From Mobula birostris (lineage: Eukaryota): 64,000 bases of DNA. Below, one piece after another: positions 50,850-62,657 of the stretch (within the stretch, counting starts at the first letter, position 1; the number at the start of each line of letters is the position of its first letter). Where the stretch lies: assembly GCF_030028105.1 (NCBI RefSeq), contig NC_092384.1:46817553-46881552 (forward strand), written 5' to 3'. The translations under genes and the position numbers were made by a program. Under the pieces are notes generated by a model that saw nothing but the letters and a program-made list of their open reading frames with translations, was not told where the DNA came from and did not search any database.

Positions 50850-53225
50850 GCCTGTCACACAGGTGGTTCACATTCACTGATATGGGCAATGGATTCTGGT
50901 CAGTACCATTGGCACCTGAATGCCAATCACAGTTGGCTTTTACAATTGATGATCAACAATATCAGAAGACGAGGCTACCACAAGGACTACACAACATTCC
51001 CACTGTCTCTCACATGGTTCTGAGATCTTCCAGACCTTGATTCGACTATCATACAAATGTGAATGATATCCCGATTGCATCCGATGCTGCAGACAGCATG
51101 AATATGAGGTGCTTTATTTGCTCAATTATCTGTTCTCTGAGAATCACAAAGCAAATCTAGATAAGGCACAACTACAACAAGAAGAAGTAATTTACTTGGG
51201 ACAAAAAACTTAATGGCAAAAGCCATTAAGTCAGCAAAACCTCCCACAATAGTTCAGCAACTCCAGTCATTTCTGAGTTTGTGGAATGACAACAGAGCAT
51301 TCATCCACTCATATGCTGAAATTGCTCAGCCAATCAATTATCTGCATTCAAGACAACCATGTCACTTTTGATGAAGAACAGCTGAAAGCATTTCAAACTT
51401 TAAAAGCAGCATTGCATCCTGCATCTGCATTAGGAATCCATAATGCAGGTAAATCATTCACTGTGTATGTCAATGAGGAAAACATGATAGCAGTTTTAAC
51501 TCAAGGACATGGAGATGAACAGTGTCCTGTTGGCTATCACTCTGCTAAAGGCATGATTCTATATATCGCTGGCTCCTCAATGATTGAAATAGGAATCTGA
51601 ATGGCTGGATGAGCAGTTGTTTATGAAACTGAAGTGCTGGCAGGAAGCACGGCTACTGGTACCTCTGTGCAGCAGGCAAAACTTAAAGCTTTGATTGAAG
51701 CCTGTAAGTTAGCAGAAGGAAGATCAGCTAATATCTACACTGATTCTTGATACCTTTTTTGAATTGTTCATGATTATGCAAACTTATGGGGACAAAGATG
51801 ATTTCTTACTGCAGTAGGAATCCCAGTCAAGAATGGCCAACTAATACAAGAAGTTATGGATGTCATACAACTGCCATGAGAAGATGCTATATTAAAATGA
51901 AAAAGCCACTCCAAAATGACTACAATGGAAAACCGTGGAAATGCATTTGTGGACAAAACTGCAAAAACAGCAGCACAGCAAGAAATAAAGGAAATAAAAG
52001 AATTATCAAGAATGTATGTAGTGAATCCAAGAACTGGTATTATGGAAACAAAGTTGAACTCTGTATCACAGATGAACATACTGGATATCTGGGAATTGAA
52101 AGCTCAATGCTCCAGACAGAAAAAGTGGTTCTGGATGGAGAATGGTGGTAAGTTAAATAGTGATGGAGTATAGATACTTGTCACGGACTAGTAGCTCCAA
52201 CTGAGCTGCTTCTTTACTGGGCACAGCAAATACACTCCCAAGGTCATACTGGAGTGCAAAAGATGATTGACAGATTCTCCCCATGGTGATGGAATCCAAA
52301 GTTCAGGGCACAAGCTCAACAAATGTTTGAAAGATGCATGACATGCCAGAAAACAAATTCTGGAGTAGTGGAAAAGCTATCACAATTAGGTGCTCCTGCC
52401 CCACCTGGTCCATTTGTACATTTACAAGTAAACTACATCCCTTTCACCAAGGTGTCAAAAATACTCAGACATACTGCTAATAGTGGACCAGTATGAGGTG
52501 GGTGGAAGCTAATCCAGCAAGGAAAGCCAATACCACACAAAAGGCAAAAACTCTGATCAAGGACTATATTCATAGATGGGACTCTGACCAAGGAACACAT
52601 TTCACTGGGAGTGTGTGTCAGGAATTATGTCAATTGATGAATATTGAGAGGACTTTTCATTGTCCACATCGCCTAGACCAAGATTCCCAACCTTATTTTA
52701 TGCCATGAACCAATGCCACTAAGCAAGGGGTCCATGGACACCAGGTTGGGAATCCCTGTTCTAGAGTCATCAGAATAAGTTGAGCGAATGAATGGAATCA
52801 TGAAGCAATGATTGACAAGTGTCATGAAGAAGGCATACCATGGCCTACAGCTCTTCCTATGCTCTTACGTAACATCAGAGCAAACCCAAACAAGGAAACT
52901 AAACTACAGTAAGTCCATTTGACGTGATAACAGGGGACCCTTGATCCCAGAGAGGCTGATGTTTATGGCAGACAGTTTAATTGACTATTGTGTGAAAGTA
53001 GCTCAAGCAGTACAGTCTGCTTCTCAACAGATTTCTGCTGCTTGGAGTGATCCAACAGATGAGCGACACACTATTTCCTGCCAAATAGGTCCCAGTTATG
53101 AAACTGCAAAGGGACCACTAAAAGCTGGACGGGAAGGTCCTTATCGAGTGCTGTTAATTATCAACTCACAGTGAAAGTAGAAGGTAAGTGGGTACACGCA
53201 AGTCACTGGAAGCATACTAAGTGTT
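50850..53225 (+). pseudogene. pol: Endogenous retrovirus pol remnant (RT, RNase H, integrase)
   Basis: RT: WFTFTDMGNGFWSVPL..LAFT..RLPQGLHN. RNase H: SVQQAKLKALIEAC..ANIYTDS. Integrase: HSQGH..CMTC, DSDQGTHFTG, VERMNG, EGPYRVLL. Confidence 0.9.
52679..52758. mobile_element. hAT MITE (same family as 11835-11916, opposite orientation) inside the ERV integrase
   Basis: TIR-like ends caagattcccaacc / ggttgggaatccctg; imperfect TSD gcctagac/ttctagag. Removing it rejoins HCPHR..ESS..VERMNG. Confidence 0.75.
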
Positions 53226-53381
53226 ACCAGACAAAGACAACAAGTGCAATGGTGCATGTAATAGCAACCTTTCTTAGTCACAGTGTATACTCTTCTTGGG
53301 CTACAGTAAGCAAATCACTAAGCAACCGTAAGACTTCAAGCAAGTTAATAGCTAATGGACATTATGATGTTTATTGTGATA

Positions 53382-53453
53382 GTCGTCGTCGTCGTCTTCT
53401 TCTTGTTTTACTATGGCAGTCGGCACCCAACTTAATGGTGCGTTACCGCCACG
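53382..53453 (-). mobile_element. Extreme 3' end of an I/Nimb-like LINE
   Basis: 10-bp TSD tattgtgata; gtggcggtaacgcacc..ggtgccgactgcc stem-loop followed by a (gaa/gac)n tail. Confidence 0.6.
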
Positions 53454-54472
53454 TATTGTGATATTACTTGCTGTTGTTTTTATCCTAGTTTCCCTATCCA
53501 TAATGTGCCAGTTGAGATGACTCATGATGTATACTTGCCAATATCACATGAATTTGCTGATGCAGTTAATGACTCCAACTGCTGGGTATGTCAATATATA
53601 CCACACACTTCAAAATATTCACTAATGCTAGGCACCCCTACAGATTCAGAACATGCACTCTCTTTATTAAGTATTCCAGGAATGGTGATGCAGACATTAT
53701 GCCTGTGATTTATTATTCTCAAGGGAGACCTAAATATATAATGATCATGCCACCCACATACCATCATAAACTGGATCATTTATGTAAATATAATTTAGGG
53801 AATATCATACCTGACCCTATTCATGTTCTATCCTGGGATACATCTTCTAATGTTCATGACAAAGCTATTACGTCCTTTCGTGTGTTTACAGTAAACGCTA
53901 CCTTATGCCTGAGTGCATAAGGTACCATTCCTGTAGGGTATAGTTTATACAATTACATTATCCTAAATGGGTAATGATTCTGGAATTTTAGTGACAATCA
54001 GAAAAATATTACAATCCAACAGAACTCTCATAAAGGCGTAAGAAATGGTCTAAGTTCATGGAACAGTATGTACTTTATGTGTGGAAATGGAGCCTCCACC
54101 TCTCTTACACTTAATTGTTTAGGATCTTTTTATTTAGGGTAAGTTTTTCCTGCCGTGAGACATATGCTCACCTTACCTTTACCGAGCCCCCTCACCCACC
54201 TCCCAAATTTAAAAGTAAACAAGATAGTTCAGAAGGAGGTAGTTTTGTATCAATTCTGTTCACATTTTATGGTGTTGCAAGAAGTATGAGAGGTAAGCAA
54301 TGAGAAGCCTTGGGAAAAGTAACAAAAGAAATTGTTGCCATGTGCTAAGATGGTTCCTCAAAATCATATGGCTTTAGATCTTTTCATAGCAGTTAAGGGA
54401 GGAGCGTGCTGAAATGTGGCAAGAAATGTTGTACTTACGTACCAGACAAATCTGAAAACATAATTAATTTGG

Positions 54473-54830
54473 AAAAGATCGGTCGACGTTTCGGGCCGGA
54501 ACCCTTCATCAGGACTGTGGAGGGAAGGGGCAGAGGCCCTATAAAGAAGGTGGGGGGGAGGGTGGGAAGGAGAAGGCTGGTCAGTTCCAGGTGAAAAACC
54601 AGTAAGGGGAAAGATAAAGGGGTGGGGGAGGGGAAGCAGGGAGGTGATAGGCAGGAAAGGTGAAGAAAGAATACGGGAAAACACAATGGGTAGTAGAAGG
54701 AGGCGGAACCAAAAGGGAGGTGGTAGGCAGCTGGGGGAGGGGGCAGAGTGACATAGGGATAGGGGAAGGGAGGGGGAGGAGTTGTGCTGTGAGTGTTGCT
54801 TTGACAGCATCTGCAGATTATTTTGTGCTT
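54473..54830. mobile_element. Penelope-type end insertion: long inverted 5' part plus forward tail
   Basis: 16-bp TSD aacataattaatttgg (54457-54472, 54831-54846). Confidence 0.85.
54480..54517 (-). ncRNA. Minimal (short stem III) type I hammerhead ribozyme motif
   Basis: Minus strand CAGUC-CUGAUGA-AGGGUUCCGGCCC-GAAACGUC-GACCG: intact catalytic core, stem II GGG/CCC, stem I with one mismatch. Confidence 0.75.
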
Positions 54831-54881
54831 AACATAATTAATTTGGCTGATCATATTTGTAAAGCAGTTAAAATACATCAT

Positions 54882-55180
54882 TTCCCATTGTGTTTTCCCC
54901 TATTCCTTCTTTACCTTTCTTGCCTATCACCTCTCTGCTTCCCCTCCCCCACCCCTGTATCTTTCCCCTTACTGGTTTTTCACCTGAAACTTACCAGCCT
55001 TCTCCTTCCCACCCTCCCCCCACCTTCTTTATAGGGCCTCTGCCCCTTCCCCTTTCAGTCCTGATGAAGAGTTCCGGCCCAAAGCGTTGACTGATCGTTT
55101 CCACGGATGCTGCCCGACCTGCTGAGTTCCTCCAGCGTGTTGTGAGTGTTGCTTTGACCCAGCATCTGCATTGTGTTTAC
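54882..55180 (+). mobile_element. Second Penelope-type end of the same family, with mutated hammerhead
   Basis: cagtcctgatgaagagttccggcccaaagcgttgactg; inverted relative to 54473-54690. Confidence 0.82.
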
Positions 55181-55218
55181 AATCTCATAGAAGGGATTTC
55201 TTTGATTGGATTCATTCA

Positions 55219-56000
55219 AGTGAGGTATTGCACTTTGGAAGGACAAACCAAGGTAGAACATACAAGGTAAATGGTAGGGCACTGAGGAGTGCAGTAGAAC
55301 AGAGGGTTCTGGGAATAAAGATACAAAGTTTCCTAAAAGTGGCGTCACAGGAAGATAGGGTCATAAACAGAGCTTTTGGTACATTTGGCCTTTATAAATC
55401 AAAGTATTGATTTTAAGAGTTGGAATGTTATAGTGAGGTTGTATAAGGCATTGGTGAGGCCGAATTTGGAGTATTGTGTGTAGTTTTGGTCACCAAATTA
55501 CAGGAAGGATATTAATAAGGTTGAAAGAGTGTAGAGAAGGTTTACAAGGATGTTGCCGGGACTTGAGAAACTGAGTTACAGAGAAAGGTTGAATATGTTA
55601 GGACTTTATTCTCTGGAGCATAGAAGAATGAGGGGAGATTTGATAGTATATAAAATTATGATGGGTATAGATAGAGTGAATGCAAGCAGGTTTTTTCCAC
55701 TGAGGCTAGGGGAGAAAAAGACCAGAGTACATGGGTTAAGGGTGAAGGGGGAAAAGTTTAAAGGGAACATTGGAGTGGGGGGGGCGCTTCTTCACACAGA
55801 GTGGTGGGAGTGTGGAATCAGCTGCCAGATGAAGTGGTAAATGCGGGCTCACTTTTAATATTTAAGAAAAACTTGGACAGGTACATGGATGAGAGGTGTA
55901 TGGAGGGATATGGTCCAGGTGCAGGTCAGTGGGACTAGGCAGAAAAATGGTTCGGCACAGCCAGAAGGCCTGTTGCTGTGCTGTAATGTTCTATGGTTCT
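55219..56000 (+). mobile_element. CR1 3' fragment inside env
   Basis: EVLHFGRTNQ and MLPGLEKLSYRERL; tail ttctatggttct. Confidence 0.9.
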
Positions 56001-56323
56001 AAGTCTTGGAAGCTGGGGTTACTCAATATTCAGAATCATATTATTCATACTAATATGCCTTATCATAATTTATCTTTTTTAACTTGCTTAAAGCCAATCA
56101 TTAACAGAATAGTTCAAACTCTTGTAAGTGTAGTACCTACAAATCTGCCTAACTATGACGTGATCTTATGAATACTTTGAGGAATATATACATATATACC
56201 CTCTGATATTTTGTCACCTAAGTAGTTGTTGATTATTTTACACATTTTACCAAAAGTTTCTCTGCCCCTGGATTTTCAGATGTAATGAATCTAAACATGT
56301 GCTTTAGAATCAAAGGGGGGACT

Positions 56324-56731
56324 TGTTGGATTTGACTATTTAATTACCTGCTTGTATTTTAAGCAGCCTTTACATGCATGGCAGATTAATATGCCCCTGG
56401 TGGCTATACAAAGTATAATTCTGGACATTTCTTAGCTTCTCTGTACCCAAAGAGTATTCCTCATTGGCTGATTTTATACCAACATTTTCTAATTGGAATA
56501 TCCTTGTCTATGAAATTTTCCTATTTTTAGATTTTTAAAAAAGTAGCTGTATTATGTCAGGTGCCATCTCTTTCTTCCAGCTTCCCTTCTTCAAGTAGAA
56601 GACTTCCGTCCCTGTTTGTTTCATCTTCCTTTTGTTCTATCAATTCTTAATAAAGCTATCAAGAAGCAACAAGTTTATGCCTTGACCCTGACTTCTAAAA
56701 CAACCTTGGATTTCAACACCAAAATCCAACA
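56324..56731 (+). repeat. ERV 3' LTR (~408 bp)
   Basis: Preceded by PPT aaagggggga; 10-bp terminal inverted repeats TGTTGGATTT / AAATCCAACA; AATAAA at ~56649. Confidence 0.8.
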
Positions 56732-57139
56732 CCAGCAACAATAAAGAAAGCATCAGGGTATGCATCAAAGTCTAAATAAATTTATTATCAAAGTACATAT
56801 ACGTCACCATATACTACCTTGAAATCAAAGTAAACTGCATAAAAGAAACATTTGTTTTAAATGCACATAAGAGTTTTGTTTTAGTAAATCAGTACATGGC
56901 AAGCCCAGCAAGAGATGGTACTTGACTTAGTTTTAAGTCTGAACAAATGAAAAATGTGCCTGCAAGAGATCATATTATGGACACTATGTAAAGTTTACAT
57001 AGGTCTTCTTACACTCATGTAGAACTTGAATATTTTATTAACTTTGCTGTTGAATTCTACTTTGCACTCATCTTTGTATTTTCCATCTCTGACTCTTCTC
57101 TTTCCTTCATGAGATACTCTATCTCAGCAGATGACATAG

Positions 57140-57860
57140 CCATAACATCCATGACAGGTGTACAGAATGCCACAGCTAGTTTGAATCTAATTCTTCCTAT
57201 TCTGCCTCCTGCAAGCACTTCATTCTATTTTCCTAGTTTCTCAGTATCTGTCATAATTGTTCTGATAATGAGATTTCCCACACAGATATACTCTTTCTTC
57301 TTATACCATAGTGGACAGAACCCATGACCATATCTCATCTATTTCTTATACCTGCAGTCTCATCCTGTAGAGCTGATCCTGATCTTCTAGCTTAATACTC
57401 ATCCCTCTTCTGTTCTGGCTTCTCTCTTTGTGACCTCCTCCACTGCTAGTATGAGGACCAAGGTAAACTACAGGAACAGTACCACATCCATCTGTGAAAT
57501 TTGCAGCTGTCTCTAATAAACACGGAATTTTCCAACATCGGGTAAGTTGCTCATCACTGCTTTCCATTATGCCAAAGTTCCTTTCGCACCTTGTTTCCAT
57601 AATATTCCTTACAAATGGTTTGTACTCATGCTCCTTACCACTTCATCTGTCTTCACCTTTGTCCATACAGTATTTTTTTACTACACTTCTCTGCTTCCCC
57701 CAGCTGTTTTGAAAATGTAAGCCCTTCCCTCTTTTCATTTCTGAGGAAGATCTCTGACCTGAAACTTTAATCTCCTTCTCATTCCACAGATGCTGCTTGA
57801 CTCTGAGTTCTTCTAGCATTTTCTATTTTGTTTTGAATTCCAGCAACTTCAGTTTTATAT
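57140..57860 (+). mobile_element. Old Penelope-like element remnant
   Basis: Degenerate terminus ctgaggaagatctctgacctgaaac...gatgctgcttgactctgagttcttctagc. Confidence 0.5.
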
Positions 57861-57919
57861 TTTCCAAGAAATTATTCATGTTTTCATGTGCTACAAAAAC
57901 AAATCATAGAGATCTTTAC

Positions 57920-57993
57920 CTCAAAGGAATATTCCGTCATTTTGTCATTCTTCTTGTGTTGTAATCCTTTAAGATCTATTCTCTCAATGCTTA
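57920..57993 (-). CDS. ZCCHC14: ZCCHC14-like internal coding exon (first of 7 found in window): (V)SIERIDLKGLQHKKNDKMTEYSFE
   Basis: Minus strand tttttcag|TAAGCATT...TTTGAG|gtaaag; 74 nt, phase 1 to 0. Resembles recalled ZCCHC14 VSIEKIDLKGLSHTKNDRNVECSFE. Confidence 0.85.
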
Positions 57994-60137
57994 CTGAAAA
58001 AGAAAAATGGGACAATATTTGAGAAATATTCTTTGTTACAGATCATATAGCAATATTACGTGAATGAAACTTGGGAAAAGTAATGTGTATTCAATAGCTT
58101 GTGATACTTGAGGAAACCATAAATTGTTGATATAGTCTATTGTATTGTATTCCAAACACAAGACCATTTGCTGTCTTGTATTTCAACAATTATAAAACCA
58201 TGTCAACTTAATAAATAGAAAGCTGGTGTTGTTAGTGAGGCAGATAGTCTTGGGTTAGAGAATGAAATTAACTGATAATTTGGGAAGAGCAATAACAGAT
58301 GAGAGCAAGATGATATTTTTTGATAGGTCTCATAAAAGTAGGTCATAAACCATGAATGTTAGTTGCTGGGGAATATTAAGGACATGGAGCTTGGTATACA
58401 AGTACCTATTCTCCAAAGGTGGTGCCACAATTGGCATGGAAGCCTTCATTAGCTAGGGCACAGAATACAAGAACATAGAGATCATAGTTCAAAACTTTGG
58501 TTAGACCACAGCTGGAGATTTGTGCAGTTTGACTCGCCACACTATGGCAGCGCAATTTTGCAATGAAGAGGGTGAAAAGATTCACTACGATGTTGCCTGG
58601 GATGGAACACTTCAGTTACAAGGACAGACTGGATAGGTCTGTTTTCTTTGGAGCAGAGGCAGCTAAGTGATGCACAAAACTTAAGAGGGGTATGATACAG
58701 TGCATAATTTTGAACTTTTTCCCCTTTACCGAGATGTCTAAAACCAGAGGGCACTCATTGAAGGGAAGTGTAAAGCAGTTAGGGTTTAAATAAAATAACA
58801 TCTCTCATAATAGTATTTTGCTTCCCAATGTAATTTTATGGAAAGCTGTTGTTTTTTGCTATTTTCTCAGAACTCGATGAATAACAACTGCAGAAATTCT
58901 AGGCATATCTAAGTGAGAAATTATTAGGTAACATAAATTTCCTTTTCCCAGTTTCTGTGCTGGACTTCTCCATGACTCTAAGATGCTCAAGACTCACAGA
59001 TATTGCTGTTTCAAAGGCAAATAAAGAGTGGATAGAGATGGACGTCTTTCTACCATGTGTGTTTCAAATCAAAATCCCAATTAATCAGTGCAAGAAGTGA
59101 TGTAAAAAAAAACAGCTTACAAACAGGAAGGGATATTTGTACAAAATGAACAGTGCCTCTAAAGGCTAAACAACATTATGTAAATTTCCTTTTCCCTCAG
59201 GGTCCTTAAACATGTTCATCCCTTATGATGCCTAAATACCAGCTCCAAGTCTTCCAGTGGAAGCATCAGGCATTCATCCTTTGCAAAGAGTTTTTAAATC
59301 CTGCAAAAACAGTGGTCTCATTAGTCAACATGTCAATTCAAAACACAAAGATTCAGCACCCTGTCCAACTAAATCATATTCTTTCTATAGCATGGTGACC
59401 AGAACCATACTCAACACCCCAAGTTCAATGTAACCAAGGATTTGTATAATTATAATTTGGCATCCCAACTCCTCTACTCAATAATCGGATTCCAATTCCA
59501 ACCTTCATTGTCCACTATACCATCAATGTTGGTGTCATCTGCAAATTCACTTATCACGTACTTACATTCTCTTACAAATCATTAATATATAACAAACAAT
59601 AAAGGACCCTGAAATTATCTCTGCAGCATATCGTCAGATTACAGGTCTTCAATTTAAAAGGTAATCCTCCGCTACCACCCTCTGTCTCTTATCACAAAGC
59701 CAATGTTATTTCCCATTTGTTATTTCATCCTTGGTCCCATGTATTCTAATCTTCTGGTTAGACATTTCTGGTCTCTTAGCCTTTGCTGTATCCAATTTTC
59801 ATTGAATCGGCTTAATACTAGGCTCTATTACTGTAGGGTAACACAAGTGGTGGAAATGTACATAATTCACAACTACTGACATTGAGTTGGGGTTTCACTA
59901 AGATGCTGGTCTGAAGTGGTGACTTATTTACAAAAATGGTTTTTAGTGTGCTATGTATTCAGCTTTTGGTGTACAATAAATGAGTTGCTATGGCTTTTCT
60001 ACAACATAAAACATCTCTGCTGTTTTATTTGAAAACCTACATTACAATAAGATGTCAAGGCAAAAATCATGATGTAGCATTAATTTGGCTTCTCTGGCTG
60101 AATATGGTTGGAAATGTTTCAGTGAGGTCTTTAGATT

Positions 60138-62657
60138 TAAGACCATAAGACATAGGAGCAGAGTTAGGCCATATGGCCCATTGCATCTGCTCTGTCATTC
60201 AATTATGGCTGATCCTTTGTTCCCTTTCCCAGCTCCACTCTCAGCCTTCTCCCCATAACCTTTGATGCCGTGGCCAATCAAAAACCTATCAATCTTCACC
60301 TTAAATACACCCAGCATCCTGGCCTCCAAAGGTGCCTGTGGTAACAAATTCCACAAATTCACCATCCTCTGGCTAAATAAATTTCTCTGCATCTCTATTT
60401 AAAATGGACACCCTTCTATCCTGAGGCTGTACCCTCTTGTTCTCAACTCCCCCATCATGGGAAACATTCTTTCTACATCTATACTGTCTAGGCCTTTCAA
60501 CATCCGAAAGGTTTCAATGTGATCCCCATTCATCCTTCTAAATTCCAGCGAGTACAGGCCCAGAGCCATCAAATATTCCTCATATGATAACCCTTTCATT
60601 CCTGTAATCATCCTTGTGAACCTCCTCTGAACCCTCTTCAATGCCAGCACATCTTTGTTTACATAAGGTGCCCAAAACTGTTCACAATACTCATGTTAAG
60701 ACCTCACCAGTGCCATAAGACCATAAGACAAAGGAGCACAAGTCGGCCATTTGGCCCATCGAGTCTGCTCCGCCATTTTATCATGAGCTGATCCATTCTC
60801 CCATTTAGTCCCACTCCCCCGCCTTCTCACCATAATCTTTGATGCCCTGGCTACTCAGATACCTATCAATCTCTGCCTTAAATACACCCAATGACTTGGC
60901 CTCCACTGCCGCCTGTGGCAACAAATTCCATAGATTCACCACCCTCTGACTAAAAAAATTTCTTCGCATTTCTCTTCTGAATGGGCGCCCTTCAATCCTT
61001 TAAGTCATGCCCTCTCGTACTGGACTCCCCCATCATGGGAAACAACTTTGCCACATCCACTCTGTCCATGCCTTTCAACATTCGAAATGTTTCTATGAGG
61101 TCTCCCCTCATTCTTCGAAACTCCAAGGAATACAGTTCAAGAGCAGGCAAACATTCCTCATATGTTAACTCTCTCATTCCCGGAATCATTCTAGTGAATC
61201 TTCTCTGTACCCTCTCCAATGTCAGCACATCCTTTCTTAAATAAGGAGACCAAAACTGCCCACAGTACTCCCAAGTGAGGTCTCACCAGCACCTTATAGA
61301 GCCTCAACATCACATCCCTGCTCCGATACTCTATTCCTCCAGAAATGAATGCCAACATTGCATTCGCCTTCTTCACCACTAACTCAACCTGGAGGTTAAC
61401 CTTAAGGGTATCCTGTATGAGGTCTTTCAAGTCCCGTTGCATCTCAGAGCATAACCATACACTTTCCAACATTGTATTTCATTTGCCACTTCTTTGCCCA
61501 TTCTTCCAATCTATCCAAGTCTCTCTGCAGACTCTCTGTTTCCTCAGCACTACCGGCCCCTCCACCTATCTTCGTATCATCAGCAAATGTAGCCACAAAG
61601 CCATCTATTCCATAATCTAAATTGTTGATGTACAATGTAAAAAGAAGTGACCCCAAAATGGACCCCTGTGGAACACCGCTGGTAACTGGCAGCCAACCAG
61701 AATAGGATCCCTTTATTCCCACCCTCCGTTTCCTGCCAATCAGCCAACGCTCTATCCACGTATGTAACTTTCCCGTAATTCCATGGGCTCTTATCTTGTT
61801 AAGTAGCCTCATGTGTGGCACCTTGTCAAAGGCCTTCTGAAAATCCAAATATACAACATCCACTGCATCTCGCTTGTCTAGCCCGCTCGTAATTTCCTCA
61901 AAAAATTGTAATAAGTTTGTCAGGCAGGATTTTCCTTTAAGGAATCCATGCCTATCTTGTCATATGCCTCCAGGTACTCTGTAACCTCATCCTTGACAAT
62001 TGACTCCAACAACTTCCCAACCACCGATGTCAAGCTAGCAGGTCTATAATTTCCTTTTTGCTTCCTTGCCTCCTTCTTAAATAGCGGAGTGACATTTGCA
62101 ATCTTCCACTCCTCTGGAACCATACCAGAATCTATCGACTTTTGAAAGATCATCACTAATGCCTCCGCAATCTCCACAGCTACTTCCTTCAGAACACGCG
62201 GGTGCATTCCATCTGGTCCGGGAGATTTATCTACCTTTAGACTATTCGGCTTCCTGAGTACTTTCTCTGTCGTAATTGTGACTGCACACACTTCTCTTCC
62301 CTGTCACCCTTGAGTGTCTGGTATACTGCTGATGTCTTCCTCAGTGAAGACTAATGCAAAGTACTCGTTCAGTTCCTTCGCCATCTCCGTATCTCCCATT
62401 ACGATTTCTCCAGCATCATTTTCTATCGGTCCTATATCTGCTCTCACCTGTCTTTTACTGTTTATATACTTGAAAAAGCTTTTAGTATCCTCTTTGATAT
62501 TATTTGCTAGCTTCCTTTCATAGTTATTCTTTTCCCTCTTAATGACCTTCTTAGTTTCCTTTTGTAAGGTTTTAAAAACTTCCCAATCCTCTGTCTTCCC
62601 ACTAATTTTTGCTTCCTTGTATGCCCTCTCCTTTGCTTTAACTTTGGCTTTGAACCA
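60138..62657 (-). mobile_element. Two stacked CR1 copies (60138-60714 and 60715-62657)
   Basis: Two separate (tcttatgg)n tails; RT motifs DFQKAFDKV, GVPQGS and FADDTK. Confidence 0.9.

Larger units (their letters stand above)
53355..56171 (+). pseudogene. env: ERV gamma-type env remnant, split by four insertions
   Basis: Signal peptide MDIMMFIVILLAVVF, CWVC motif, immunosuppressive-domain-like QNHMALDLFIAVKGGAC, CX6CC (C*KCGKKCC), FFDW and a hydrophobic TM stretch near 56030-56080. Confidence 0.85.

Noticed and set aside
54364-55090. Proline-rich or glycine-rich ORFs
   Set aside because: Spurious frames in the purine/pyrimidine-skewed Penelope-type ends.
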